Assembly: GCA_050117845.1 (NCBI GenBank)
Contig: JASFLY010000039.1
Span: 1-19,817, forward strand
Origin: Candidatus Zixiibacteriota bacterium
Lineage (GTDB): Bacteria; RBG-13-66-14; B26-G2; WVWN01
Reading direction: 5' to 3'
DNA length: 19,817 nt
Shown here: one piece after another, positions 8,272-17,014 of the stretch
How the letters are laid out: the number at the start of each line of letters is the position of its first letter
Position numbering within the stretch: position 1 is the first letter of the stretch
Notes under the pieces: generated by a model
Told to the model about the DNA's origin: nothing
Seen by the model: the letters and a program-made list of their open reading frames with translations, nothing else
Database searches by the model: none
Translations under genes and position numbers: made by a program

Positions 8272-9039
8272 ATGAAAAGGACAGTATTAATTGTGCTTTC
8301 GGTGATGGCGTGTACCGCGAGTTGGGCGTATCTGGGCGAGGTAGTGAGTTCGTATGCTTCGCCGGCCGGCGTCCAGACCCGCGGCCTTGCTATATCCGCG
8401 TCGTACCTGTTCGTCGTCGACGGTACGAATCCGGGGATAGTTTACCGCGTCGTAACCGAAACCGGGTCGCTTCGCAACTGGTATCAGGTGGGTTGGTCCG
8501 GGAGTAATAGCGGCCTGGCCTGGACGCCCAGCAGTAATTTGTGGGTCGGATGCCCGTCCAATAACCGCGTTTACCGTTGCGCCGCGCCGAACGGCAGTAT
8601 CCATTATTCGTGGAACGCGGGCCACGATCCGTACGGTTGCGCGCCGCTGTGCTCGGGCGACAACGGCGCCGGGACGAGTTACCTATACACGACTGATTCT
8701 GCGCCCTCGGGCCTATTCAACCACCAATTAAATACGGGGAGTATCGTGCGTTCCATTACTATCCCCAACTCCTCGGATTACGATTGCGCGTACGATTGGC
8801 GCAACCGCCTGGTCTGGTTGGGAGACTCGCCGAACGTAATATACGGCTATACGAACGCGGCCTCCGTCGCCGGGTCGTTTATAGCGCCGGCCAACCAGCC
8901 GCGCGGCCTGGCGTATTCGGCGTCGTACCTTTACGTCGGCTGCGCGTCCAACGGCTACATATATAAGGTTCACTGCCCGGAGGGCTTCGTCGGCGTGGAA
9001 CCCGCGTCCTTGGGCGACGTGCGGGCGTTGTTCAGGTAG
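8272..9039 (+). CDS. Secreted beta-propeller-like protein ('WDWRN' family, member 1) with conserved C-terminal tail
   Basis: Signal peptide; repeats of GS...SF..P...P.GL.Y....LWV type; DCAYDWRN.LVW; HCP before tail VEPASLGDVRALFR. Confidence 0.82.
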   Translation: MKRTVLIVLSVMACTASWAYLGEVVSSYASPAGVQTRGLAISASYLFVVDGTNPGIVYRVVTETGSLRNWYQVGWSGSNSGLAWTPSSNLWVGCPSNNRVYRCAAPNGSIHYSWNAGHDPYGCAPLCSGDNGAGTSYLYTTDSAPSGLFNHQLNTGSIVRSITIPNSSDYDCAYDWRNRLVWLGDSPNVIYGYTNAASVAGSFIAPANQPRGLAYSASYLYVGCASNGYIYKVHCPEGFVGVEPASLGDVRALFR

Positions 9040-9048
9040 AGAATCGCG

Positions 9049-9078
9049 CGTAGGGGCGTAACGCGTTGCGCCCCTACG
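9049..9078. repeat. 30-nt GTAG-type REP-like palindrome
   Basis: CGTAGGGGCG-TAACGCGTTG-CGCCCCTACG. Confidence 0.7.
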
Positions 9079-9112
9079 TATTTCCCCGGTGGATAACGGC
9101 CGGTTTTTTTGT

Positions 9113-9148
9113 TTGCATATCATTGGCGATTTGGTTATAATGCCAAAT
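9113..9148 (+). promoter_or_regulatory. Sigma70 promoter with overlapping palindromic operator (probable ArsR autoregulatory site)
   Basis: TTGCAT-17 nt-TATAAT (9113-9141); inverted repeat ATTTGG-N8-CCAAAT (9129-9148) straddles the -10. Confidence 0.75.
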
Positions 9149-9166
9149 AACAAAGGGTTGTAAAGG

Positions 9167-9493
9167 ATGCCTATGGATGAGAAAACGCAAGGCCGGTTCG
9201 AAATGTTGGCCGAGGTAATTAAAGCGATGGCCCACCCCACGCGCCTTTTTTTCGTGGAGGAGCTCTCGCGCGGCGAACGGTGCGTCTGCGAATTGACCGA
9301 GATGGTCGGCGCGGACGTCTCCACCGTGTCGAAACACCTGGCCGTGCTTAAAAACGTGGGCATCGTCGCCGGCGTCAAGCGCCGGGCCAACGTCTACTAC
9401 CAACTCAAGATGCCGTGCGTACTCAACTTCTTCGGCTGCGTCGAGCGGGTTATAAAGACTCGGGCCGAGGAGAGTTTGACCCACGTGGAATAA
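9167..9493 (+). CDS. arsR: ArsR/SmtB-family metalloregulator
   Basis: KAMAHPTR, ERCVCEL (ELCVCDL-type As(III) box), STVSKHL.VLK..GIV, VYY.L. The start could be 9167 or 9173. Confidence 0.92.
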   Translation: MPMDEKTQGRFEMLAEVIKAMAHPTRLFFVEELSRGERCVCELTEMVGADVSTVSKHLAVLKNVGIVAGVKRRANVYYQLKMPCVLNFFGCVERVIKTRAEESLTHVE

Positions 9494-9525
9494 TCGCGCC
9501 CCCCGGCGCGAAGGGAACCCGGCTT

Positions 9526-10827
9526 ATGGATTGGAAAAAAGAGTGGAAGGTCCTCGCCGCCATCGCGGCGATATTCCTCGGCTTCTTCTACCTGCCCCTA
9601 GGCTCGCCCCGCTTCGACAACGCGATATTCGAGGCGCTGGCGCTGGCCAAGTGGTACGCCCGGGAGCACGTACTGTTGTGCCTCGTGCCGGCCTTCTTCA
9701 TCGCCGGCGGCATATCGGTTTTCGTGAGCCAGGCGTCGGTCATGCGTTACCTCGGCGCCCGGGCCAATAAGGTCCTGGCGTACGGCGTGGCCTCGATTTC
9801 CGGGTCGATTCTGGCCGTGTGCTCGTGCACCATCCTTCCGCTGTTCGCGGGGATTTATAAGATGGGCGCGGGTCTGGGGCCGGCGACGGCTTTCCTCTAC
9901 GCCGGGCCGGCCATCAACATACTCGCCATCGTTTTGACCGCCCGCATTTTGGGCGTCGAGCTGGGGGTGGCCCGGGCGGTGGGGGCGATAGTCTTCGGCA
10001 TTGTCATCGGCCTGGCGATGCACTTCATCTTCCGCAAGGAGGAACTCGCCAAGGCCGAGGTGCAGGCGGCCCTCCCCGAGGCCGAGGTCAAAAGGCCGCT
10101 GTGGCAGAACGTCCTGTATTTCGCTTCCATGATCGGCGTCCTCGTCTTCGCAAACTGGGGCCGGCCCGAAAGCGCGGAGGGTTTGTGGTACTTGATTTAT
10201 TCGTCGAAGTGGATCCTCGCCGGCGTATCGGCCGCGGCGCTCGGCGTAATCCTCTTGCTCTGGTTCTCCATTAAATGGTGGAAGCTCGTCGCCGTGGGCG
10301 TACCGACGGCGGGGCTCGCCGTCCTGTTGCCGCAATACCCGGCGATACCGTTCACCGTGGCGGTGGTGGGCCTCTCGGTAATTACGGCCACCGACCCGGG
10401 CGAAGGGGGCGAGTGGTTCAGCTCGACCTGGACCTTCGCAAAACAGATATTGCCGCTGCTCCTCTTCGGCGTCGTCATCGCCGGGGCGCTGTTGGGCCGG
10501 CCCGGCGAAGAGGGCCTTATCCCGTCGGAGTGGGTTACGGCCGCGGTCGGCGGGAACTCCTTGCGGGCGAACTTCTTCGCCTCCATCGCTGGCGCGTTCA
10601 TGTATTTCGCGACCTTGACCGAAGTTCCCATCGTCGAGGGGCTGATCGGCAACGGCATGGGCAAGGGGCCCGCTTTGGCGCTATTGCTGGCCGGGCCGGC
10701 GATGTCGCTGCCCAGCCTGCTCGTTATTCGCAGCGTGATGGGCAATGTCAAGACGTTGGTATTTATTGCGCTCGTCGTCGTCATGGCCACGTTCACGGGG
10801 ATGATTTACGGCGCGGCCTTCCCGTAG
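9526..10827 (+). CDS. DUF318/ArsP-family permease
   Basis: Multi-TM; LAVCSCTILPLF, GAGLGPA.AFLY.GPAIN, MYFATLTEVP, GPALALLLAGPA.SLP. The start is placed at ATG 9526 (MDWKKEWK) because the track's 9415 overlaps arsR. Confidence 0.88.
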   Translation: MDWKKEWKVLAAIAAIFLGFFYLPLGSPRFDNAIFEALALAKWYAREHVLLCLVPAFFIAGGISVFVSQASVMRYLGARANKVLAYGVASISGSILAVCSCTILPLFAGIYKMGAGLGPATAFLYAGPAINILAIVLTARILGVELGVARAVGAIVFGIVIGLAMHFIFRKEELAKAEVQAALPEAEVKRPLWQNVLYFASMIGVLVFANWGRPESAEGLWYLIYSSKWILAGVSAAALGVILLLWFSIKWWKLVAVGVPTAGLAVLLPQYPAIPFTVAVVGLSVITATDPGEGGEWFSSTWTFAKQILPLLLFGVVIAGALLGRPGEEGLIPSEWVTAAVGGNSLRANFFASIAGAFMYFATLTEVPIVEGLIGNGMGKGPALALLLAGPAMSLPSLLVIRSVMGNVKTLVFIALVVVMATFTGMIYGAAFP

Positions 10828-10839
10828 GAGGTAGTTTCG

Positions 10840-11073
10840 ATGAAAAGGATACAGGTTCTGGGGACCGGGTGCCCCAAATGCACAAAGCTCGCCGAGAACG
10901 CCGCGGGCGCGGCCCGTGAGCTCGGCCTGGATTGCGAGGTCGAGAAGGTCGAGGACATCGAGGCCATAATGTCGTTCAACGTCATGATGACGCCGGCACT
11001 CGTTATCGACGGCGAAGTCAAGGCGGTCGGCAAGGTGCCGTCGAAGGATGAGATCAAGGAGATGCTCGAGTAA
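10840..11073 (+). CDS. Small redox-active disulfide protein (MTH895/thioredoxin_3 family)
   Basis: IQVLG.GCPKC, VEKVED, VM.TPALVIDG.V...G.VP; AGGAGG SD. Confidence 0.92.
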   Translation: MKRIQVLGTGCPKCTKLAENAAGAARELGLDCEVEKVEDIEAIMSFNVMMTPALVIDGEVKAVGKVPSKDEIKEMLE

Positions 11074-11586
11074 ATGAAACCGAAAACCGTCGTCGCCGTC
11101 GTACTGCTGGCCTTCGTCGCCGTGGCCTTGGGATACCTTATTATAAAAGAAGTAAAGGCCGCCCGGGCGCCCGAACCGGTCGCCGCGGGGACGGCCGAGC
11201 CGGAAACCGCCGCTCCCGGGGACGCCGAACCCGAGCCGGGAGTCCCGCCGGACAAAGTCGTCGTAACCTACTTCTATTTCGGGAAACGCTGTGCCGCCTG
11301 CCAGACTATAGAGGCGCTGTCGCGGGAGGCCGTGGAGAGCGGCTTCCCGGAGGAGATGGCGGAGGGCAGGGTGGCCTGGCGGGCCGTGAACACGGATGAC
11401 GCCGGCAACGGCCGTTACATCGACGATTACGAGCTCTTCGCGAAGGCGGTCATCGTGTCGGAGATGCGCGACGGCCGGGAAGCGCGTTGGAAGAACCTCA
11501 TGGACGTGTGGAAGCTATATAAAGACCGGGACGCGTTCATCGCGTACGTCCAGAAAGAGGTTCGGGCGTCGTTGGAGGGCCGATAG
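11074..11586 (+). CDS. Membrane-anchored thioredoxin-like protein (ArsF-like)
   Basis: N-terminal TM, Pro/Ala/Glu linker, V.YF...KRC..C.TIE, W.NL..VW; starts directly after the upstream stop (TAA ATG). Confidence 0.75.
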   Translation: MKPKTVVAVVLLAFVAVALGYLIIKEVKAARAPEPVAAGTAEPETAAPGDAEPEPGVPPDKVVVTYFYFGKRCAACQTIEALSREAVESGFPEEMAEGRVAWRAVNTDDAGNGRYIDDYELFAKAVIVSEMRDGREARWKNLMDVWKLYKDRDAFIAYVQKEVRASLEGR

Positions 11587-12276
11587 GTGGAAGGTATATT
11601 GTTCGCCGCGGCCTCCGCGCTGTGGTTCGGTATCCTGACGGCGATAAGCCCGTGTCCGATGGCCACCAACGTCGCCGCCATCTCGTACCTCGGGAAGCAG
11701 GTCACGAGTTCGCGGCGGGTCCTTTTAGGCGGCGTCCTCTATACGCTGGGCCGGACCGTGGCGTACGTGGGCGTCGCGGTCGTTATCCTGGCCGGCCTGC
11801 AATCGGTCCCGAAGGTGTCGGTTTTTCTCCAGGATTACATGAATAAAATCCTGGGGCCGCTGCTGATAATCGTCGGCGTGTTCCTCCTCGAGCTCGTCAG
11901 TTTCGGCGGCGGTTCCGGGGCGAGCGGCAAATTGGGGAAGCGCGTCGAGGGGTGGGGATTGGCCGGGGCGGCTCTTCTCGGCGTCATCTTCGCGCTGTCG
12001 TTCTGCCCGGTATCGGCCGCGCTTTTCTTCGGCAGTTTGTTGTCGCTGGCCGTCAAGTACGATTCCCGCATCTTCGTCCCCGCGATGTTCGGCCTCGGGA
12101 CCGGCCTGCCGGTGTTCGCCTTCGCGCTCATCATAGGCCTGGGCCTCGGCTCCCTCGGGAGTATTTTTAACAAGATACAGAAGTTCGAGCGCTGGGCCCG
12201 GCGGATAACGGGCGCCGTCTTCATCCTCGTCGGCATATATTACTGCCTGTATTTTATCTTCGGAGTTTTCCATTAA
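11587..12276 (+). CDS. CcdA/DsbD-beta-like membrane protein (ArsG-like)
   Basis: About six TM segments; GILTAISPCP.ATN.AA and ALSFCP.SA.LFFG cysteine motifs; starts directly after the upstream stop (TAG GTG). Confidence 0.82.
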   Translation: MEGILFAAASALWFGILTAISPCPMATNVAAISYLGKQVTSSRRVLLGGVLYTLGRTVAYVGVAVVILAGLQSVPKVSVFLQDYMNKILGPLLIIVGVFLLELVSFGGGSGASGKLGKRVEGWGLAGAALLGVIFALSFCPVSAALFFGSLLSLAVKYDSRIFVPAMFGLGTGLPVFAFALIIGLGLGSLGSIFNKIQKFERWARRITGAVFILVGIYYCLYFIFGVFH

Positions 12277-12346
12277 AGTACGAACTTAGGAGGGGGCGGC
12301 CGCAAGGCCGGCCTTCGCCGATTAATAATCGTTGACTCGGGTTCCC

Positions 12347-12375
12347 TTGCTACGGCGGGGGAGCTATGTTATATT
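12347..12375 (+). promoter_or_regulatory. Putative sigma70 promoter with extended -10
   Basis: TTGCTA-17 nt-TATATT with TGn directly before the -10. Confidence 0.55.
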
Positions 12376-12448
12376 GCGTGGCAAACAATAGTTGATTGAA
12401 GTAAGGGGTTGTGGCGCCAACGTAATCCTAATACGTAGGAGGGGTTCT

Positions 12449-13270
12449 ATGAGGAAAGGGTTGCTGATATCGTTCGCCGTGTTGCTAAGCGTAACGGCCG
12501 CTTCCGCGTATTTGGGGCAGATAATGAACCGATTCTCGGCACCCTACGGCGGCCGTATGGGGTTGCGTACCCTTGCGACCGACGGGACTTATTTATACGG
12601 GTACGAGTTTTACATGGGATATAACCGGATATATAGATTAAACATGACGAACGGTTCGGTCGTAAGCTCTTTCGATAGCCCTATCGATATCCCGTATGGC
12701 CTCGGGTACGAATACGGCGGATATTTATGGTTCGGCCGAAGCCGGGGTGGTTCCTCGAGGCCGGCCTTGCTGATGCGTTGCAACGCCGTTACCGGAAGCG
12801 TTTATTCTTCATTTCAAGTCGGGCCGCATACTATGTTCGGGGGCGTTGCCTGTCAGGGTATTCCGGATCAACCTGGCACGTTGGACGCGATAATATCCGG
12901 CGACTCCGACGGGGCACGGATCATCTCCCGCCATACGCCGGCCGGAAGCCTTATTAATACATTCAGTTACACTTCATATATGTATAAAAGCCACGATTGC
13001 GCCTGGGATTATAGAAACCAATTAATATGGTTCACGGATTCCGATGATACCTGGCCGGCGCCCCCCATATGCGGCTTCACTACCGACGGTTCTCTCGTAG
13101 CCTCGTTCACGCCGCCGCTGATACTTGCGTACGGCCTGACTTATTATGAGGGGTACCTCTGGGTATCGAACATCTTTTGTGAACCGATGGACGTAATCCA
13201 GGTCCATTGCCCGATACTGACCGGCGTCACGCCCGCGTCCATTGGAAAAGTCAAGGCGTTGTTCAGGTAG
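12449..13270 (+). CDS. Secreted beta-propeller-like protein ('WDWRN' family, member 2) with conserved C-terminal tail
   Basis: ATG 12449 after AGGAGG; signal peptide ending ASA; DCAWDYRNQLIW, GSLVASF, HCP; ends VTPASIGKVKALFR. Confidence 0.82.
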   Translation: MRKGLLISFAVLLSVTAASAYLGQIMNRFSAPYGGRMGLRTLATDGTYLYGYEFYMGYNRIYRLNMTNGSVVSSFDSPIDIPYGLGYEYGGYLWFGRSRGGSSRPALLMRCNAVTGSVYSSFQVGPHTMFGGVACQGIPDQPGTLDAIISGDSDGARIISRHTPAGSLINTFSYTSYMYKSHDCAWDYRNQLIWFTDSDDTWPAPPICGFTTDGSLVASFTPPLILAYGLTYYEGYLWVSNIFCEPMDVIQVHCPILTGVTPASIGKVKALFR

Positions 13271-13296
13271 TTTTTATATCAAGGCAAGTAATAACC

Positions 13297-13327
13297 GGGA
13301 GCCGGCCGCAAGGCAGGCTTCTTTTTC
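13297..13327 (+). terminator. Putative intrinsic terminator
   Basis: Imperfect GC stem with GCAA loop (GGAGCCGGCC-GCAA-GGCAGGCTTC) followed by TTTTT. Confidence 0.55.
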
Positions 13328-13545
13328 TTTAAGTGGTGCGACCTTTCCCCGTACAATTCCTCGCGCCGATTCTATTTTAAACCGGACGCCTTCGCGCCGT
13401 GTCATATATGCAAATAGGTTCAGTTGTTCGTAGTTTCCCGACCAATATTATAAAAGCCGGATCAAACGAAACCACCCCGAAAGCCGCGGGTGCTTTCCGT
13501 AACGGGGTAAAACTAAACAAGCGAAACGCGAAAGGGGGTGCCGGT

Positions 13546-13707
13546 ATGGGTTTCAAAGCGGGGGATAAGTGTACGGAAACGGGCCTCTACGTCTGCCAGA
13601 ATTGCCAATCCTCCACCCAGGAAAAATACGTAAAGGAAGGTGACACCTTCCCGCCGTGCAGCCATTGCCGCAGCAACGCGGACTGGATTCGCGTCGGCCG
13701 GGGGTAG
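13546..13707 (+). CDS. Small zinc-ribbon protein (YjzC-like), 53 aa
   Basis: MGFKAGDKC..TG.Y.CQNC...GDTFPPCSHC...W; two CxxC pairs; AGGGGG SD before ATG 13546. Confidence 0.78.
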   Translation: MGFKAGDKCTETGLYVCQNCQSSTQEKYVKEGDTFPPCSHCRSNADWIRVGRG

Positions 13708-13774
13708 ATTAATAACGCGGGCCGCGGGAGCGACCCGCGAACGGCATAACGTCAACGAACAAGGAGGACGGTGG

Positions 13775-14587
13775 ATGAAGAAGCTAGTGTTCCTTATTGC
13801 GTTTTCAACGTTAATCGCGAGTTTCGCGTGGGGAATTCTGGGGGAAATAGTGGCCTCGTTCCCCGCTCCGGCCAACTATCCCATCGCGCTGGCGGTGGCG
13901 GCGAACTACCAGAACTACCTGTGGGTGTACTGCAACACGCCCCCGTACCGCGTTTATCGTATAAACGGAAATACCGGGACCGTATATTCTTCTTTCATCT
14001 CGCCCCACGGGCAGGATACATACGGCCTCACCTATAGCTACGGCGGCGGCGGGGGCGTCCCGTTCGGCAGCTACCTATGGATGGCGAACGGCGAGACGGA
14101 CCGCGTATATCGTTGCAACTATTTTACCGGTTCCGTCTACGCTTCTTTCCCGGCGCAACCGCGGGAAGTTTGGGGCTTGGCTGCCAAGGCCGTCGGCGAC
14201 GGCGGCTACCGCCCTTCGGGCTTGTTGGCCTCCGCGGATTGGTTGTCCAAGTCGATGTACTACAAGGACCCGATAACCGGTTCGAACCTGGCGTCGTGGG
14301 AAGCCGACGAGTACGCGTTAGATATCGCGTGGGATTGGCGGAACCAGGTAATTTGGGGCGGCCAATTCTACAACGCCGTATTCGCCTTCGATACGAACGG
14401 GTCGGTCGTTACGGCCGTCAAGACCGGAAAGGACTACCCGCTGGGGGCCGCGTACACGTCGAACTACCTGTGGGTAAGTACGACAACCGGCAGCCACTGG
14501 ATATGGAAGATCCATTGCCCGTCGTTCATGGACGACACCAACGTCGAGCCGGCGTCCGTGGGTAAGGTTAAGGCGATATTCAGGTAA
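13775..14587 (+). CDS. Secreted beta-propeller-like protein ('WDWRN' family, member 3) with conserved C-terminal tail
   Basis: ATG 13775 after AAGGAGG; signal peptide SFAWG; DIAWDWRNQVIW; HCP; ends VEPASVGKVKAIFR. Confidence 0.85.
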   Translation: MKKLVFLIAFSTLIASFAWGILGEIVASFPAPANYPIALAVAANYQNYLWVYCNTPPYRVYRINGNTGTVYSSFISPHGQDTYGLTYSYGGGGGVPFGSYLWMANGETDRVYRCNYFTGSVYASFPAQPREVWGLAAKAVGDGGYRPSGLLASADWLSKSMYYKDPITGSNLASWEADEYALDIAWDWRNQVIWGGQFYNAVFAFDTNGSVVTAVKTGKDYPLGAAYTSNYLWVSTTTGSHWIWKIHCPSFMDDTNVEPASVGKVKAIFR

Positions 14588-14646
14588 AGGCCGGGCGCTC
14601 GCAGTCCCGGCTCACGATAATACATTCATAATCAGGAGGATGGCGG

Positions 14647-15474
14647 ATGAAGAAGTATTTATTCTCGTTCATTTTATTAATACTCGTCGTGAGTTTCGCG
14701 TGGGGGGCATTGGGGGACGTCGTGGCGTCTTTCCCGGCGCCGGCCTTTTATCCCATCGCGCTCGCGACCGCGCGCAACCCCATGTATATGTGGGTATACT
14801 GCTACACGTCGCCCTATTATATTTACCGTATTAACGCCAATACCGGCTCCGTGTACAACTCTTTCTACTCGATGTGGGGGCCCAATACCCGCGGCCTCAC
14901 GTACAGCTACGGCGGCGGCGACGGCCTGCCCACGGGGAGTTACCTCTGGATCGGGAGTTGCGCCAACGGCTTAATAAGCCGCTGCAATTACAACAACGGC
15001 GCCGTTTACGATAGGTACGTCTCGGCGTCCGGCGCCGTGCACGGCCTGGCCGCCAAGGCGATATCCGACGGCGGCTATCAGCCGTCAACGATGATGGCGA
15101 GTAACGCGACGCCCGGTACCATTACCGGCATGGGTATTAGCGACGGTTCGTACGAATGGTCGTTCGAGGCGGGGAAACTCGTTTACGACCTGGCGTGGGA
15201 TTGGCGCAATACCCTCGTTTGGGGTTCCCATTTCGAAAGCGGCGAACCTTGCAACGTCGCGTACGGTTACACCACGAACGGCTCACTGGTTGCGTCGTTC
15301 GAGCTTCCCGTCGATTACCCGATGGGGTTCACGTACACGTCGAATTACCTTTGGGTATCGACGACCACCGGCAGCCATCGTATTTGGAAGATCCATTGCC
15401 CGACCCTAACGGACGGCGGCGACACCAACGTCGAACCGGCGTCGGTGGGCAAGGTCAAGGCGATATACCGGTAG
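14647..15474 (+). CDS. Secreted beta-propeller-like protein ('WDWRN' family, member 4; tandem paralog of 13775) with conserved C-terminal tail
   Basis: AGGAGG SD; shares VASFPAPA.YPIALA, GLTYSYGGG and YTSNYLWVSTTTGSH.IWKIHCP with the upstream gene; ends VEPASVGKVKAIYR. Confidence 0.85.
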   Translation: MKKYLFSFILLILVVSFAWGALGDVVASFPAPAFYPIALATARNPMYMWVYCYTSPYYIYRINANTGSVYNSFYSMWGPNTRGLTYSYGGGDGLPTGSYLWIGSCANGLISRCNYNNGAVYDRYVSASGAVHGLAAKAISDGGYQPSTMMASNATPGTITGMGISDGSYEWSFEAGKLVYDLAWDWRNTLVWGSHFESGEPCNVAYGYTTNGSLVASFELPVDYPMGFTYTSNYLWVSTTTGSHRIWKIHCPTLTDGGDTNVEPASVGKVKAIYR

Positions 15475-15499
15475 GGGTGGTTCGTACCGAATAACGTAA

Positions 15500-15530
15500 G
15501 GGCCGACATTCGCGTCGGCCCGTTTTTTTT
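15500..15530 (+). terminator. Intrinsic terminator
   Basis: GGGCCGAC-ATTCGC-GTCGGCCC followed by G and eight T. Confidence 0.8.
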
Positions 15531-15557
15531 CTCGTTGGCGCGTTTCACGGGGTACAC

Positions 15558-15587
15558 CGTAAGGCCGCACAGCTGTGCGGCCCTACG
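15558..15587. repeat. 30-nt REP-like palindrome (left flank of mrr-like gene)
   Basis: CGTAAGGCCGCACAGCTGTGCGGCCCTACG; its reverse complement differs from 17015..17044 at 2 positions. Confidence 0.7.
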
Positions 15588-15601
15588 GTTTTCTTTTTAC
15601 G

Positions 15602-15631
15602 TTGACAGCACTTGTCGGCCGGCTATATTAT
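15602..15631 (+). promoter_or_regulatory. Putative sigma70 promoter
   Basis: Perfect TTGACA followed by TATATT (16-nt spacer) or TATTAT (18-nt spacer). Confidence 0.6.
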
Positions 15632-15691
15632 ATGCAATAACATGAATGACGAGGCCGGAGGGAAGATAGCGTCGTTTAAGGAGGAAGCGTA

Positions 15692-16723
15692 ATGGCCGTA
15701 TGGTTGACCCGCGCCGGACGAAACGGCGAGCACGAGGACCTGGCGTTGAACGCGGGCATCGTGGTGAACGGGACGGATCTGCCCGACCTGTCCGACCTGG
15801 ATTCCCGCGAGGCGATAGAGCGGACGCTGCGGGAGGTTCATCCCGACGATAAGCCCAAGGCGATAAAAAATTGGGCCGGACAGATATGGGCGTTTCGGGG
15901 TCGGATTAAAAAAGGCGACCTGGTCGTATTGCCGTTGAAACGACGCGCGGCCGTCGCCGTGGGGCGAGTCACGGGCGATTACCGGTACCGGCCGGACCAC
16001 CCCGACGGGGCGCGGCACACGTTGCCGGTCGAATGGGTGAATCCGGAAATCCCCCGGGACGCGTTCGGCCAGGACTTGTTGTATTCCCTGGGCGCCTACA
16101 TGGCCGTCTGCCGTATCCAGCGCAACCGGGCGGACGAGCGAATCGAGCAGTTGATGGAAACGGGAACCGACCCCGGCGCCGCGGCCGCGGAAACGGAGGA
16201 GGCCGGCGTCGACGAGGAGGACAAGGGCATCGAGGTCCCGTCGGACCTGGAGGAGTACGCCACCGACCAGATCACGGCCTACACGCGCGACCGGTTCAAG
16301 CGGCACGAACTGGCCCGCCTCGTGACGGCTCTCCTCGCGGCCCAGGGGTACCATACGTACATGTCGCCGCCCGGGCCGGACGGCGGCGTGGACATAATCG
16401 CGGGCCGGGGGACCATGGGGTTCGACCCGCCGCGGCTGGTCGTCCAGGTGAAGTCGGGCGAGAGGCCGGCGGACGTCGCGGTCCTGCGCGAGCTACAGGG
16501 CGTGATGAAGAACTTCGGCGCGGAGCAGGCGTTGCTGGTATCGTGGGGCGGTTTCAAGCGGTCGGTGTTCGAGGAGGCCCGGCGCAACTTCTTCGAGATA
16601 CGGATGTGGGACGCCGGCGATTTGATAGAGAACCTGCTGGAGAACTACGACCGGTTGGACGAGGAACTCCAGGCCGAACTCCCGCTAAAAAGGATCTGGA
16701 CGTTGGTCACGGAGGAAGAATAA
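15692..16723 (+). CDS. mrr: Mrr-family (type IV-like) restriction endonuclease with N-terminal EVE/PUA-like domain
   Basis: C-terminal Mrr catalytic motifs LL.AQGY, GPDGGVDIIA, VQVK, LLVSWGGF; N-terminal W..RAG..GE and F...I..GDLVV.P; AAGGAGG SD. Confidence 0.88.
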   Translation: MAVWLTRAGRNGEHEDLALNAGIVVNGTDLPDLSDLDSREAIERTLREVHPDDKPKAIKNWAGQIWAFRGRIKKGDLVVLPLKRRAAVAVGRVTGDYRYRPDHPDGARHTLPVEWVNPEIPRDAFGQDLLYSLGAYMAVCRIQRNRADERIEQLMETGTDPGAAAAETEEAGVDEEDKGIEVPSDLEEYATDQITAYTRDRFKRHELARLVTALLAAQGYHTYMSPPGPDGGVDIIAGRGTMGFDPPRLVVQVKSGERPADVAVLRELQGVMKNFGAEQALLVSWGGFKRSVFEEARRNFFEIRMWDAGDLIENLLENYDRLDEELQAELPLKRIWTLVTEEE

Positions 16724-16825
16724 CCCGCGAGCCGAACCGGAGGGACTATGGCGGCGCCCGATATTATAAAGGCATTGGCGGGGGGATTCGAACACGCCCT
16801 CTCCGCCGCCGACCGCCGAAAATGT

Positions 16826-16855
16826 CGTACGGGCGCGACGCCTCGCGCCCCTACC
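16826..16855. repeat. 30-nt REP-like palindrome
   Basis: CGTACGGGCGCGACGCCTCGCGCCCCTACC; the minus strand begins GGTAGGGGCG. Confidence 0.65.
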
Positions 16856-17014
16856 GGCCTGACGGGGATTCGAGGCCGTACCGTTCACGGTACGGTCCAT
16901 CGCCGGCTCCGCTTACAACCGCGCCTTTAGGCGGGGATACGGACCACAGGCCGCCGCGTAAACGCGGCATTGTAGGCGGGCGGTCCCCGGGCAGGAATGC
17001 CGGGGACACGGGGG

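Noticed and set aside
13461..13535. c-di-GMP-I riboswitch (AAAC...GAAAG words)
   Set aside because: Lacks the GGCAAAC...GACGCAAAG core and the second stem; kept only as a generic structured leader.
13775..15474. Diversity-generating retroelement TR/VR pair among the paralogs
   Set aside because: Differences are not adenine-specific, both copies are full genes, and no reverse transcriptase is present.
16776..16810. tRNA-like fragment (GGGGGATTCGAAC...CCCTCTCCGCC) as a possible att site
   Set aside because: T-arm and acceptor spacing do not fit on either strand and no cloverleaf forms; a simple hairpin explains it.
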